Below, one piece after another: positions 11,260 through 24,859 of a DNA stretch of 64,000 nucleotides. The stretch covers positions 7,824,962-7,888,961 of the forward strand of contig NC_134034.1 of the NCBI RefSeq assembly GCF_964204645.1. Direction: 5' to 3'. This DNA is from Tubulanus polymorphus. Lineage: Eukaryota > Animalia > Nemertea. Below the pieces are notes generated by a model. That model saw only the letters and a program-made list of their open reading frames with translations, was not told the origin of the DNA and ran no database searches. Every line of letters begins with the position of its first letter. Position 1 is the first letter of the stretch. A program made the position numbers and the translations under genes.

Positions 11260-14200
11260 AGAATAAATTGAAATTAGAATATGAAGATGATATATTAGAA
11301 ACTAAATTAGATGAATTAAAGAATGAAAAAGAAACATACAAATGTGATACATGTAATCAATCATCAGTGATAAAAGATATTATAATGAACATTTAAAATC
11401 TAAAAGTCATATTAGAAATATGAATAATGATATTTTAGGTGAGGCTTATTTTGATAATGACAATGTTAAGAAATATAAGACAATTAAAAGAATAAGAAAT
11501 AAATTAAACAATAAAAGACCATACATGGAAGATGTAAGAAATTATATTAATTCATTAGATAATAAAAAACATATAGAGATAACCGAAGCATTTAAAAGTG
11601 ATATTGGTCCAGCAGCTATTGAGTTTAAATTTTATAAAGGAAAAACAGAAGAAAATAAAAAACATTTAGAAAATATGAAAAATATTATAAAAATAATAAC
11701 TGATGTTGAATACCCTAAAATTTGTATATCAGTTAAAGTAAAGTTTATAAAATCTGAAGATAAACCAATATATAATATGAATTCTCATTCACAACATATT
11801 ATATCTAAACAACATATAGATGATAAATTAGATAAATGTTATAATGAAGTAAAAACTAAAATAGAAGAGAAATATTTTGAAGGATCAGGTTTAATATTTG
11901 ATGAGATAATATTTATGACTTTACATGTTTATAACACAAAATATAATAAGTTAACTAAATCGAAACCAATTGATGAAAATAATGTATCATATTATAAAGA
12001 ACCAGATATTGAAGCATCGAGTTGTATTAAACTACCATTTAAAACTAATGCTGTAATAAATGTACAAAATTTTGATGATAAATGTTTTCTATGGGCAATT
12101 ATAAGTTGCTTACATCCAACAGAAGATAATACACATAGTTTTAGATTAACTCATTATAAACCATTTGAAAATAATTATAAGATAGATAAGTATCCTGTTA
12201 TAATTAAAAACATCCCAAAAATAGAAAGAGATAATAATATAAAGATAAATGTATTTGATTTAATCAAATTGCCAAATACAAAAGGTAACAATATAAAACA
12301 TTATACATTAGAACCTTTATATCTATCAAAAGATTGTGATTCAAATGGTGTTATAGATATATCATATTATGAGAATCATTATATGCGGATTAAAAGAATT
12401 GATTTACTTTTTAAATAAGAAAATGATTTTGATAATAAAATATATCTATGTAGAAAATGTTTACATAAATTCAGAACTGAAAGTGCATTATTAAATCATA
12501 AACAATTATGTGAAAATCATGATTATTGTAAATTAGTTTTACCAAATGAAAAGGATAAAATATTAGAATTCAAAAAATATGATTACAAAAATAAAGTACC
12601 ATTTGTAATATATGGAGATTTTGAATCATTAAATAAAGAACTAACTAATCAAGATAGAACAGAAATATATTATAAAAGAAAGAAATTAAATTCTAATGAA
12701 AATGATTTTTCAAATGAACCACCAAAAACAAATGCTATTAAAAAGATTCATCAATCAGCTGCAGCATTCGGGTTATATATTAAATCTGATTATCCAGAAC
12801 TAATTAAAAGTGAATATTATCATTATAGAAATGAAAATGTTATCAATCATTTTTGTGACTTATTAATTGAATATGAAATAAGATTTAGTAAATTATTGAG
12901 TACAAATATAGAAATTATAATGACAGAAGAAGATAAAGAAGCATTTGAGTTTGCAGATAAATGTTATTATTGTGAAAAGATATTTAATTATAAAGATAAA
13001 AAAGTAAGAGACCATGATCATTTGAATGGAAAGTTTAGAGGTGCTGCACATGAGAATTGTAACTTACAAGCTAAGAAAATTAACTTTGTACCAGTTATAT
13101 TTCATAATCTATCAGGATATGATGCACATTTATTTATCAAACAGTTATGCCATAAAATAGAAGAAATTAATAATGAAATAGAAAGATTAAATTCAAATAG
13201 ATCAAAAGATAAAATACCAACTTATAAATTTAAAATGTTAGCTAGAACATCTGAGAATTATATATCATTCCAATTTGGTTGCCTAAGATTTATAGATTCA
13301 TATAGATTTTTAAATAGTTCATTAGATAACTTATCAAAATCATTAGTTGATGATGAATTAAGAATATTAAAGCAACACTACCCAAATAATGATGATTTTC
13401 AATTAATGAGATATAAAGGCGCAATTCCATATTCATTTTATAAATCACATAATGATTTTAATATAACTGAATTATTTAAAGAACAATTCTATGATGAATT
13501 AAAAAATGAATATGTTAAAGATGGAGTTTTTGAAAGAACGATTAATATATGGAATCATTTTAGAATAAAAAGCCATGGTAAATTAGTAGATTTGTATCTA
13601 AAATCTGATGTTTTATTATTAACTGATATATTTGAAAGGTTTAGAGATGTAAACCTAAAATATTTCAATATTGATCCTTGTCATTGTTATTCATCACCAG
13701 GTTTAACATGGGATTGTGGTTTAAAATTTACAGATATAAAAATGGATTTGTTAACAAATATAGATCAATTATTATTATTTGAAAAATCTATAAGAGGAGG
13801 AGTTTCAGGTGTATTAGGGGATAGATATTTCAATGTAAATGATAACCCCGGATATAAGTTATTATATATAGATGCAAATAATTTGTATGGTTGGGCAATG
13901 ATGGAACCACAACCTTATGGAGTATTTGAAATAAGTGAAGTTTCACAACATGAAAATAATGATAAATTTGATTGGAAGAAAAGAATCCTAGATATTGCAG
14001 ATGATTCAGATACTGGTTACTTCTTTGTTGTAGATTTAGAATATCCTGAACATATTAAATTTAAATCTAGAAATCTAGCATACTGTCCAGAACATAAAAC
14101 TGTTACTCATGAAGAACTATCAAATTATCAAAAAAGAATTAAACCCGAAAATCATATTCATACAAAAAAGTTAATGGTAACTCAAGAAGATAAATATGAT

Positions 14201-16259
14201 TATGTAGTACATTATAGAATGTTAAAGTTTTATCTAAAACAAGGAATGATCTTAAAAAAGTACATAGTTATATTTCATTCAGTCAATCTAAGTGGTTTGA
14301 AAAATATATAGATTTTAACACCAAACAGAGAACTGAAGCTAAAACTGATTTCGAAAAAGATTTCTTCAAGTTAATGAATAATGCATTCTATGGTAAGACT
14401 TGTGAAAATATTAAAAATAGAAATGATATTGAGTTAGTTAGTAATGGTAAAAGGATAAGGCATTTACAATCATATCCTAAGTTTTTAGGTAACAGAATAT
14501 TTGATGAAAATTTAGCTGCAGTTAAAATGAGAAGAACTTCTATGAAATTTAATAAACCAATTTATGATGGAGCATCAGTTTTAGAAATATCAAAATTACT
14601 AATGTATGAATTCTATTATAATGTATTACAACCACTTTTTGGAGAAAAACATATAGAAATATTATATTTTGGTTCTGTTACAGCTGACACCCCAATATTT
14701 TTAAAATATAATAATAAAATTTAATTAGAAGAATTTCAGAAATAATTCCAAAACAAAATGAACTTTATATTTCGTATGGTGAAAAAGAATTAATACAAAT
14801 AAATGGATTAATGGATGTTTGGACAAAAAATGGATGGGTGAAATTAAAGAATATAATTAGACATAAAACGAATAAGAAAATCTATAGAGTTAGAACTAAA
14901 TTAGGATTTGTTGATGTTACTGAAGATCATAGTTTAATTAAACAAAATGGTGATGAAATAAAACCAACTGATATAAAAATTGGAGATGAATTATTAAATA
15001 AAAGATTTTACCCAAGAATGAATCATATGTCATTTGATAAAATAATTGATAATATTTATAATATAGAACCCGAAACATAGAAGAAAAAGAATATTTTATC
15101 AAAGGATTTTTTAAGGGTGATGGTTCAGCAGGTGTGTATAAATATGTTACTGGAACTAAATGTTATTGGTATTTATGCAATCAAGATTTGAAATTATTAG
15201 AAAGAATTAAAAAATACTGTGAACAAGTTTATTCACATAAAACATTTAGAATCGGGGATTATATGAAATCATCACAATGTTATAGAATACATGTGAATAA
15301 TACTAAAGATTTTGCAATTAAATATAATGATGAATTCTATATTCATGCAATAGTGAAAAGTAATACTTCAACAAAAGAAAAGATAGTTCCAGATTATGTA
15401 ATAAATGCAAAATATGATTTAAGAAAATGGATTCATTGGATTTTATGCTGTAGATGGTTCAAAAAACTATACAAAACAGAAAACTATATCTTTGGCACAA
15501 AAAGGAAAAGTTGCTATATCAGGATTAAATACATTATGCAATTCATTAGGATTTAATATGTTAGTTAATATTAGAAAGGATAAACTAAATGTATTTCAAT
15601 TAACGCATGTAGAAAATGAAATAACTGAAGAAGCTAGAGATTTATTTGAAATAACCAAATCCAACAGACTATGTTTATGATTTAACAACTGAACATTTAA
15701 TTGTGGATTTCCATTAATCATAAAAAATACAGATTCTTACATATTAAAGATAAAAACTAATAACATAACAGATGATTTAAAAACATTAAAACATCACTTT
15801 GATTTCAGTAATTATCCTAAAGATCATGAATTGTTTAGCAATGATAATAAAAAAGTTCCCGGTAAATTCAAAGATGAATTAGGTGGTGAAGAAATGATTG
15901 AATTCATAGGTATTAGATCTAAAATGTATTCATATAAAACTAAAGAACATGGAGCTAAAAAGTTAAAAGGAATAACCAAAAGTGTAATAGAAAAGAATAT
16001 TCATTTCAAAGATTACATCAATTGTATATTCAATGAAGAAGTTAGAAAACATAAGATGAGATGTTTAAGATCTGAGTACCACGAAATGCTTATTGAAGAG
16101 ATAGAGAAGATAAGTTTAAACCCTTTTGATGATAAAAGATATATTCTGGATGATGGAATTCATACAGTTGCTTATGGTTGTAATTTAGATGAATACTTAA
16201 AATTTAAAAGAGAAGAAACAAAAGAGAACGAGATAATGAAAACAATTCTAACGTGTTAA
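11260..16259 (+). pseudogene. pPolB: Protein-primed DNA polymerase B, copy B, intein-containing allele
   Basis: Same motifs as copy A; stops and frameshifts; 1055-bp insertion in motif C. Confidence 0.95.
14674..15728 (+). mobile_element. Intein with LAGLIDADG homing endonuclease at the pol-c site (degenerate)
   Basis: Block A SVTADTPIF, block B VDVTEDHSL, blocks C/E KGFFKGDGS and IGFYAVDGS, block F DYVYDLTTE, block G LIIKN followed by +1 Thr of TDS; absent from copies A and C. Confidence 0.93.
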
Positions 16260-16288
16260 TAAAATTTTAATAAAAATATGTATTATAA

Positions 16289-16642
16289 ATGGAGAGTAAA
16301 CGAGCAAACAGTGAGAACAACAAGTCATTTCTAGATAGAATAAAAGATACTTCAAATGTCAAATCAGTAGATTATAAATTTAAGAAGTTAAAAGAATTAA
16401 TAATCCATAAGAAATATCTAATTACAAATATTGATACAGTTACTAACAAATATGGAGATAAATTAGTTATCCACTTAGAATATGAAGGATTAAAAGGAAA
16501 TACATATAAATTCAGAACATATTTACCAGATAGATTTCATAGATTATCAAGTGAAGATCTAGAAGAATTATGTTCTGGAGATTTCTATTTCGTATACAAA
16601 GGTAAGAATGAAAAAGGGCACCATGAAATAGATTTCGAATAA
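16289..16642 (+). CDS. Maverick ORF2, 117 aa, intact; unknown function (possible nucleic-acid-binding protein)
   Basis: Intact ORF conserved in all four copies and in the window-start element. Confidence 0.8.
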   Translation: MESKRANSENNKSFLDRIKDTSNVKSVDYKFKKLKELIIHKKYLITNIDTVTNKYGDKLVIHLEYEGLKGNTYKFRTYLPDRFHRLSSEDLEELCSGDFYFVYKGKNEKGHHEIDFE

Positions 16643-16659
16643 GAAAATATGTAAAATAA

Positions 16660-17423
16660 ATGGTAGAATTAAAAGAATACAGAATATTTGTTGATTCTAG
16701 AAGGCTTACAAATTATAAATCTCATAATTTACTAGTACAATTAGATAGAGAATTCAAGAATTGTGTTGATTTAAAATTAGTTAATATAAGTTTATGTAAT
16801 TCTTTTTACAATATATCGAATAAAACTATTGAACATAGAGCCTTTTTAGTTTTTAATAGACAAATAGATTCATGGGTCTATATATATTTAAAACCGAGGT
16901 TATATAATTTAGATACATTAGCACAAGAAATTAATAGAAAAGCCTGGCACAAATTAGGTAGTAGTTATGGGTTTAGTATTAGATTTTTAAAAAGTGATAG
17001 TTCTGATAGAATAAAGATAAGGTTGTCTAATAGTGAAAAAACATAAATTTATGGTAAAAAAAACCTATAGCTAAACTGTTAGGAATTCTTCCAGATAAAT
17101 CTTTTACAAATATTGATGCTGTTACACTAAACTTAATACCTTACACACACTTTTATATTTATTGCAATTTAATCGATCCTACAAAAACATTCGAAGCAAC
17201 TAAAGATATAACTAGTTATTCTGGTTTACTAAACATTTTGCCATTGAAGAATGTTAAAGAATTTGGAACACAAATAAATTATAATTTAACAGAATGTGAT
17301 TTCAAACCATGCATTCCTCGTTTTGATAATTTTAGATTAGAAATTAGAAATCACAATGGATACTTAATTGATTTAAATAATTTCCCTGTAATTTATGAAT
17401 TAGTTATAAGATGTAGAGAGTAA
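16660..17423 (+). pseudogene. Minor capsid (penton) protein, copy B
   Basis: Homolog of 8035-8790 with a different central region. Confidence 0.7.
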
Positions 17424-17440
17424 TTTTTTTCACTATATAA

Positions 17441-18884
17441 ATGAATATAACTGTTGGAACGAGTATATGTTTTGGGTTTGATTTTAAACATGGTAAAGAA
17501 ATGAGAATTAAACTAAATGATGTAATTACTGATATAAAAAGTAAATCATTTAACAATGCATCAATGATTGATAAAGAAAATTATAATATAGAAAAAGTAA
17601 TTGATTTAATTAAATCCCCTTAAGAATATTATGGATTAAATGAAGATGGAATTATTGATGATAATAAAAATATATTAACCAAAATATATGATAATCATAA
17701 AATAGTAATGAAATAAATGTTGAATTAATCATAAATAAGTTAACTAAATATTTTGATGATAGTAATTTTTTTTGATAAATAAATGAGTGATAATAAGTGG
17801 ATAATAACTGGATTATATAATGGAGCATTACTATCAGTTGGAACTGTTGGTTATTCAATGGTATTAAAAAATGGGAAGTGTTAATGTTGATAGATTTGAT
17901 ATCAATGATATTTTAAAATTAACATTAGCAGTTACTTTATCTAATTTAACTATTGATTATTTAGAAAAACAAAAATATATTCCTCCCATATAAATGCGTA
18001 ATTATTTTACTAAATAAATGGCTTCTGCAATTATAACTATTATAGGATCGGCAATTGTTAACGCTTTAGCATTTACTGGTGGTGGTTATTTATTTAAGCA
18101 TATTGATAAAAATAGTTCATTAGGATAACAAAGAAGACATAACTCAGCATGAGAGAAATACAATAAAGCAGCAGAAGAATATAGAGAAAAAAGACAAAAC
18201 TATATGGATTATATTAACAAAGAATTATATGATGAGAAGATTTCACATAGAGATTTTCAATCAGTTGATGATGCAATGAGTTTATATAACGTGGTAACCA
18301 AAAATTACATCTACATAAACCTACAATATCAGATTATTATACACCAAGTAATGAACAGAAGAAATATGAAATAATATGGATTTTAGGCGGAACTGTTATT
18401 GTTATATTTGTAGCGTATAGATTTACTAATTAGTAATTTTTTTTCTAAAAAAATGGATGATAAAGTTGATAATATTGATATTATTCCTCATGATATAAAT
18501 AAAACTAAATTGAAAATATATTTAGAAAAACAAATATTAGAATTTGAAAATGATTTAAAAGTTAAAAAGAATAAATATTTAAAAAGTAAAATTATATATT
18601 ATTTTATTATCAGTGGTTCGGTTACAATTAGTTCTGTAATAACATTTTTAGCAATATTCAGTCCATTAACACCTTTAGCTATATCAATTGGCGTACTAGG
18701 ATTAAGTTCAAGTGTTTTAACTGGTATAAGTTCAAAATTGAATATAAAAAGTAATAAAGAAAAAATTAAAACTAATATAAAAGAAATTAATAAATAAAAA
18801 AATACACTAGATTATATAATAAGTTTAAATGGTCATATAACAGTTGATGAACAAGGTAAATTATTAAAAGAATTAATAAATTAG
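17441..18884 (+). pseudogene. Block of four small genes (three hydrophobic), copy B, all disrupted
   Basis: Collinear with 8802-10280. Confidence 0.7.
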
Positions 18885-20270
18885 ATAGTTTTCCAAAAGC
18901 TTTCCAATATAATAAATCAATTAAATATAATATTCCTGCAATAGATTTTAATAAAGATATTACATATAGAAATGAAGTTTTAGATTCATTAACTAATTTT
19001 GAAATTTATGTTACTGAAACTAATAATTTTAATGCAAAGATGGAAAATATATTTCATGTATATTTAATTAATTTTAAAAAATTGAAAGATGAAAAACAAT
19101 GGTTATTAAAATCTAAAATAAGTATTCGCAGAACCAATTAAATTTTGCTGTTTATTGTGCAACAACAGGTTGTGGAATTAGTTGGAATGATCAGTTGAAT
19201 AATTCTAAATATAAATTAATTCAAAGTTTATTTAGATTTCATACATACTTTCAAATCAGAATAATATTAAATGAATTAGAGTGTGCTTTACCAGGATCTA
19301 GATATTTTAAAGAATTATATAATAATATTAATTTATCAAAGTTTTATAAAATTTGCAATGAATTTAATATAGATATCAATAATTCTGATTTTAGAACAAA
19401 AATTGGAACAATAAGATCACTTCCTTGCCCTGAAAATGTTGCAGCATATTGTACACTTCCCATACCATCCAATAGCTTTTATAATATCTATAATAATAAA
19501 TTAGGTTATGGTAAAATAGAAACAAAGGATTTAGAAACATTAAATTTCAATAAATTACCGAAATTTTATGATCATTTAAAACAAGAAAACAATAATGGTT
19601 GGGTTTATTTCATTTTAGAAAATAATGAAGGTTTTACAAAATCAGGTATACAAAGAATAAATCAATCTATTAGAACATATTTGATATGAATTCTAGGATC
19701 ACAGGTTGAAACAAGATCCCCAATAATTGGAAATTTAAATACATCATTTGATACACAGAAACAATTCAAAGTATTATTTGAAGATTCAATTCGTAATGAT
19801 AAAAATAGATCGATTCCAGAAAACATTGTAAGATATCAAAATTATTTAGATAAATCTCATGTAAGACTAAATTATTGTATAGGCCCTAATCTATTAATTA
19901 TTTCTAATGATTTAGTATTAAAGATGGGAAATATAATTGGTTATAATAATCTAATTAAAACTGCAACAATAAATAATTCATTTGGATTAAATGATATAAA
20001 TAAAAAGATTATTCCTGCTCCAAAATTAATGGAAGGTGAAAAAAATAAAAAACATATTCAATCAACATACTAATAATAATAAACTAATAATATTAAATTA
20101 AATAATGATTCTAAAATAAAAGATTACAATACATCAGAAGATATAAAAACTGATAATATTCAACATGAAATAATTAAACTAAATGATGATAATAAATCCC
20201 ATGAAAATACTAAATTAGTTATAACTTGTATAGGAATTGTAATCGGAGGAATATTATATTTTAAATTTTA
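18884..20270 (+). pseudogene. Conserved CATTGCG-motif protein with C-terminal TM, copy B
   Basis: Homology to 10297 and 44785 ORFs; ends LVITCIGIVIGGILYFKF. Confidence 0.7.
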
Positions 20271-20286
20271 ATTTTTAATTATGTAA

Positions 20287-21890
20287 ATGGCAGAAGGTGG
20301 AGAAGCTTATGAAATGATAGGCAAGGGAAATAATAATGAAGGATAGATTGATGATGAACCGCAACCCAATTTAAATGAAACTAATATTGATAATGATGAT
20401 GAATCAGCATATAATTCTAATTTAGTAGATAGTGGTTCTAAAGCCGCATCAATAGAGGAATATATTAGAGGAGCTAAATCGAGAATAAATCCTGAAAATT
20501 AAAATCAAGGTTTATCAAGACAAGATTTAGAAAATAACGAATTTATGTATAAATTCAAATATGCATTTGAAAATTCTTGATATAATATAAATGACAGAGG
20601 CGCCAGACTTTTAGTACAAGAATTAAAGTTTTTAGATGGTGAATATTATTATCATTTGAAAGATGATTATTATATTAATATCACTTATAAAAATCAAAAT
20701 ATAATATTAACAGAATCAACTTTGAGAAAATTAGAAACATTTAGAATTAAAAGAATAAGTAATAGTAATGAACTAGAAGATGTAACACAAGAAGAAATAA
20801 ATAGAAAAGAATTCAAACAAGGAATTAATGAGTTATTTGACAAAATCTATGATAATTTAGAACCAGAAATGGAAGAGGATGGAGATCGATTAGATAAATT
20901 AAGATCTTCAACACCCGAAACATCGAGAAGAGATATTCAACAAATTGATAATTATTCAAATCAATTACAATTAGGAAAACATTTTGATAGCATGTTAGAT
21001 GCAGTTCACTCATTTGACGAAGAGATGAATAGTATTTTAGATACGCCCGGTACTGAAACTGGAATAAATCGAATACAATCTTTACTAGAAAAAAGATTAC
21101 TTGATTTAACTGATAATGAATTAGAAGCATTTCCTGAACAAGCACGTAGAGAAATTAAAGGTATGCAAGAATCAGCTGGTGAAATTGCTAATATTAATAT
21201 GAGATTATCTAAAATAACCATGTTAGAAAAAGATTTAACTAATGCAAATGAAGAATTAAAACATTTAGAATTAAATAGAGATCTTCAATTAATCGAGGAA
21301 GCTGATTATGAAAGCAGAAAGTTAGCTTTAGAAAAAGAAATAGATGATTTAAAATATAACAAAGAATTACAGGAAAAAGAAAGAGATACATTATTAAAAT
21401 CATATGATCTTAATCATATTAAAAAATTAAAAGTTATTTTTAAAGATTTGTTGATAAAACCAGATTCTAAAATATCATTAAAAGATAGAATAAGATTATT
21501 ATTTAAGTTAGAAGGAATAACAATTCTTTCAATTCTAACAGCTGTAACTATGTTATTTACAACAATTGGTTTAGCAATATCAAATTCTTTGAAATCTACT
21601 CCTACTCCCAATAAAGCAGATAAACCCCCAGATGATAATTCTATACAAGATAAAGTTAAAGATGGTTTAAAGAAATTAGCAAAATATTTATGGGAACTAT
21701 CTAAAAATCTGCTGCAGCTTTACCCGGAGTTATTGCGTCAATTGTTTGTTTTATATTGAAATCTGCAGGAAATATTCTTAACTTTGCTGCTGAACATATT
21801 ATTTTATTTTTAATTACAGTTGTAAGTGCTATTATTTTTGGGTTAGTAAATATGATATCAAAAATATCAAGTAAACATGATAAAAAATAA
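20287..21890 (+). pseudogene. ~530-aa acidic/coiled-coil protein with C-terminal hydrophobic helices
   Basis: ORF 20656-21759 plus flanks; GITILSILTAVTMLFTTIGLAI and AALPGxIASIV segments; homologs in C and D. Confidence 0.7.
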
Positions 21891-21916
21891 ATAATTAATT
21901 TTTTTTTGTTAAATAA

Positions 21917-22799
21917 ATGAGTGGGAGTTATATCAATCCTTCTAAGAATCATAGAATATCTCATGCTATTAAAGCAGAAAGATCACATCATATAATTACT
22001 CATAACTAGTAAATACCATCCAAATAGTATTTATTTATCAACCGATATAAAAGTAACCGGTAATAATAATAATTATGTTGTTGATAATGTTGGAAGATAT
22101 TTGATTAGAAAATTAACAATAAAGATCGGTCCAGAAACAGTTTTCTCATTAGATGATTATAATTTATTTATGCATTATAAAGATTTATGGTTAACTAAAG
22201 AAAATAGAAATAATATGATATTTCAAGGCATCCAATCAGAAAACCAAAGTAAATTAAGATCAGAAGCGCATAATGCAATATTAACTAATGCTATAGATAA
22301 ATTGATAAAAAGTATATATGGAAGCAAATATAAAATTCCATTAGACTTTGAATTGATAAATAATAATGCACCTTTATATAAATACGCAATTCAAGTCGCA
22401 ATAAATGTTGATAATTATTATAATCCTGAAATAACAAAAGTAGAAATAACTATCGAAGGAATAGCAAATAAAATATTTTGCCAAGGAATGAGAATGATAG
22501 ATCAATGGCCAGAAATTAGAAAACATTTTATGAATGAAAAAGTAAAATCATCTGAAAATTGTAATATTAATCAAATTGATTATTATACCGGTAATAAATA
22601 TGCACTATGGTTAGATTTTAGAACAACAGAGGATAATTCATTACATGGTTCTGGAAAAAAACTACAGAACACTAAAGATGGAATACAATTATTCATGACA
22701 AAGAATAAAGGAATCAAAAATTTTAAAATGCACATGTATGTTATATCTGACGCGCAATTAATTATTGTAAATTCTCAATTAAATAGTGTTATGTATTAG
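21917..22799 (+). pseudogene. Major capsid protein (double jelly roll), copy B, two internal deletions
   Basis: Homolog of 47338-48603 with segments missing near 22005 and 22395. Confidence 0.7.
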
Positions 22800-22831
22800 A
22801 ATTTTAACTTTAATAAAAATTTATATAATAA

Positions 22832-23712
22832 ATGGAAGGAGGTTAAGTATATAAACATATTCCATACATCGATACACATGAAAATAATGATGGTTTATAT
22901 TATGTAATACCTTGTAATATAGCTTTGAGATAGCTTTGATATTTGATCCTATTTTCAGAATTTATAAAACTAAACTAATAGAAATCGATAATAATAAAAG
23001 TGGTGTTGTTGATAATTTAAGTAATGTAATTGATAATAATGTAATACCTTCTACATCTAATAATGCAATACCTTCTACATCTAATAATGTAATACCTTCT
23101 ACATCTAATAATGTAATACCTTCTACATCTAATAATGTAATACCTTCTACATCTAATAATGAAATAATATTAAATATTAGTGAAAATAGAAATTATTGTG
23201 ATCATTGTAAAGGTGAATTTTCAAACGCTCCATCAAATTGGAATAAACATATGAATACAAAGGTACATATTACTAATGTAATAGAACGTGTTGGTTTAAG
23301 AGAATTTATAGAACACCCATTTATATATGTTACAAAGTTTGTTTCAAATAAAAAAGTAAATGGTAAAGAATTATATGAAGATTTATTATTAGCAACACCT
23401 ATTAAAGATGAATTAGATTTAACCGATGCTAATAAAATATTAGGATCAAACATTGTAAATGAAATATTAGGAGCAAACACTTAGAAAGATGATAATGAAA
23501 ATATAGTTACAGATATTGATAATAAAGATTCTATGAAACATAAAGTAGAAAATAATGATAAATTTGATTGGATGAATAAGCATAACAATGAAACAACTAT
23601 TGATGATGCGGTAAAAGGGGTGAAGAATAAGCATAAAAGTAATGAAGAATTTGAAGAAGATTCGGTAGAGAGTTTGAATAAATTGTTGGGGTATGATAGT
23701 GAAAGTGATTAA
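22832..23712 (+). pseudogene. Zinc-finger protein with NNVIPSTS repeats, copy B
   Basis: CDHC..HMNTKVH finger; five 24-bp repeats; homolog of 48636-49418. Confidence 0.7.
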
Positions 23713-24072
23713 AATATTAATTATATTTAACACAAATAATAATATTAGTTGAAAATTTTATAAAATCATAGTAAATAAAAAAGGGGGTTTTAAGTATTTG
23801 AGGTATCTAATACATATCTAATATATATTATTTGAAAATACCTTAAATTATATTTCTTTTAAAATTTATATTGAAACCTCAGTAATAATAAATAACCTTT
23901 ATTATTTTCAAACTTATTCATATATTAGTTGAAAAAATAAAAATAAATTGGTTGAAAATTGTATAAATAATAGATATTTTAAAAAAGGGGGTTTTAAGTA
24001 TTTAAGGTATCTAATAGGCTATCAGGTATTAGGGTATCTAATAGGGTATCTAATACATAGGTATACAAATAG

Positions 24073-24684
24073 TTATTTTATAAATTTATATTCATAAGGA
24101 AATTGTAGTCTCAGTAATAATTTTGAACCATTATTATTCTTTAATTTATTCATATATTCATCATGTAATTCAGTAGGTATAATTTGATTTTCTTCCAATG
24201 ATTGTCGCATAGATTTTTTATCTTTGTTATAAAATAAAACTAGAAATCTTATATTCTCCCTAAAGTCTTTAACAATTGAATTATATTTTTGATTTAAAAC
24301 CCATGTTGTTATCCCAAAATGTCTCCCAGAGAAACCTAAATAACACAACTCACTTTCTCTCACTTTTGAATCATGTAAATTTGCACAATCATCTATAATG
24401 AATAATGCATTTGATCCTTTATAAGTATCAATTGCTATTTCTATACAATTATCTTAATTGTCGTTTACTGTTTTAGGATCTAATATAATAAACTTTTTCA
24501 TCTTAACTATATCTCTATTATATGTTTTATTCATTTCATAAGTAGGACAGAATAATATTATATTATCAAAATGATTCTTATAAATACTTTCTAACAAATC
24601 TAATATGAAATGTGTTTTACCACAATTGGTTACCCCAGTAACTAACATATTATGCGGTTCAAATATAAATAAATCTTTATTCAT
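24073..24684 (-). pseudogene. A32/FtsK-HerA-like genome packaging ATPase, copy B
   Basis: Walker A GVTNCGKT, Walker B FIIDD, GRHFGI..NQ..R.N motifs; one internal stop. Confidence 0.9.
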
Positions 24685-24850
24685 TTATTCTTTTAATTTT
24701 ACTAGATAAAATCCATTCATTAAATTTATAATCATATCCTTTATATTTCACCAAAGAATACTTTTTTCCTTTAAGAGTTTTTGTTTTAAATACTTTTTCT
24801 ATTTTGTATTCTATTTCATCTGGATTTGGTACAAGTGATAATTCTTGTTT
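24677..24850 (-). pseudogene. Integrase C-terminal chromodomain remnant (rest of gene deleted)
   Basis: Matches the 3' end of 50210-50749; then jumps directly to the upstream gene. Confidence 0.85.
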
Positions 24851-24859
24851 TAATAATTC

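Noticed and set aside
20825-21964. Antisense ORFs over Maverick genes (also 23202, 32187, 34335, 46859, 49094, 53479)
   Set aside because: Shadow frames of genuine genes on the opposite strand
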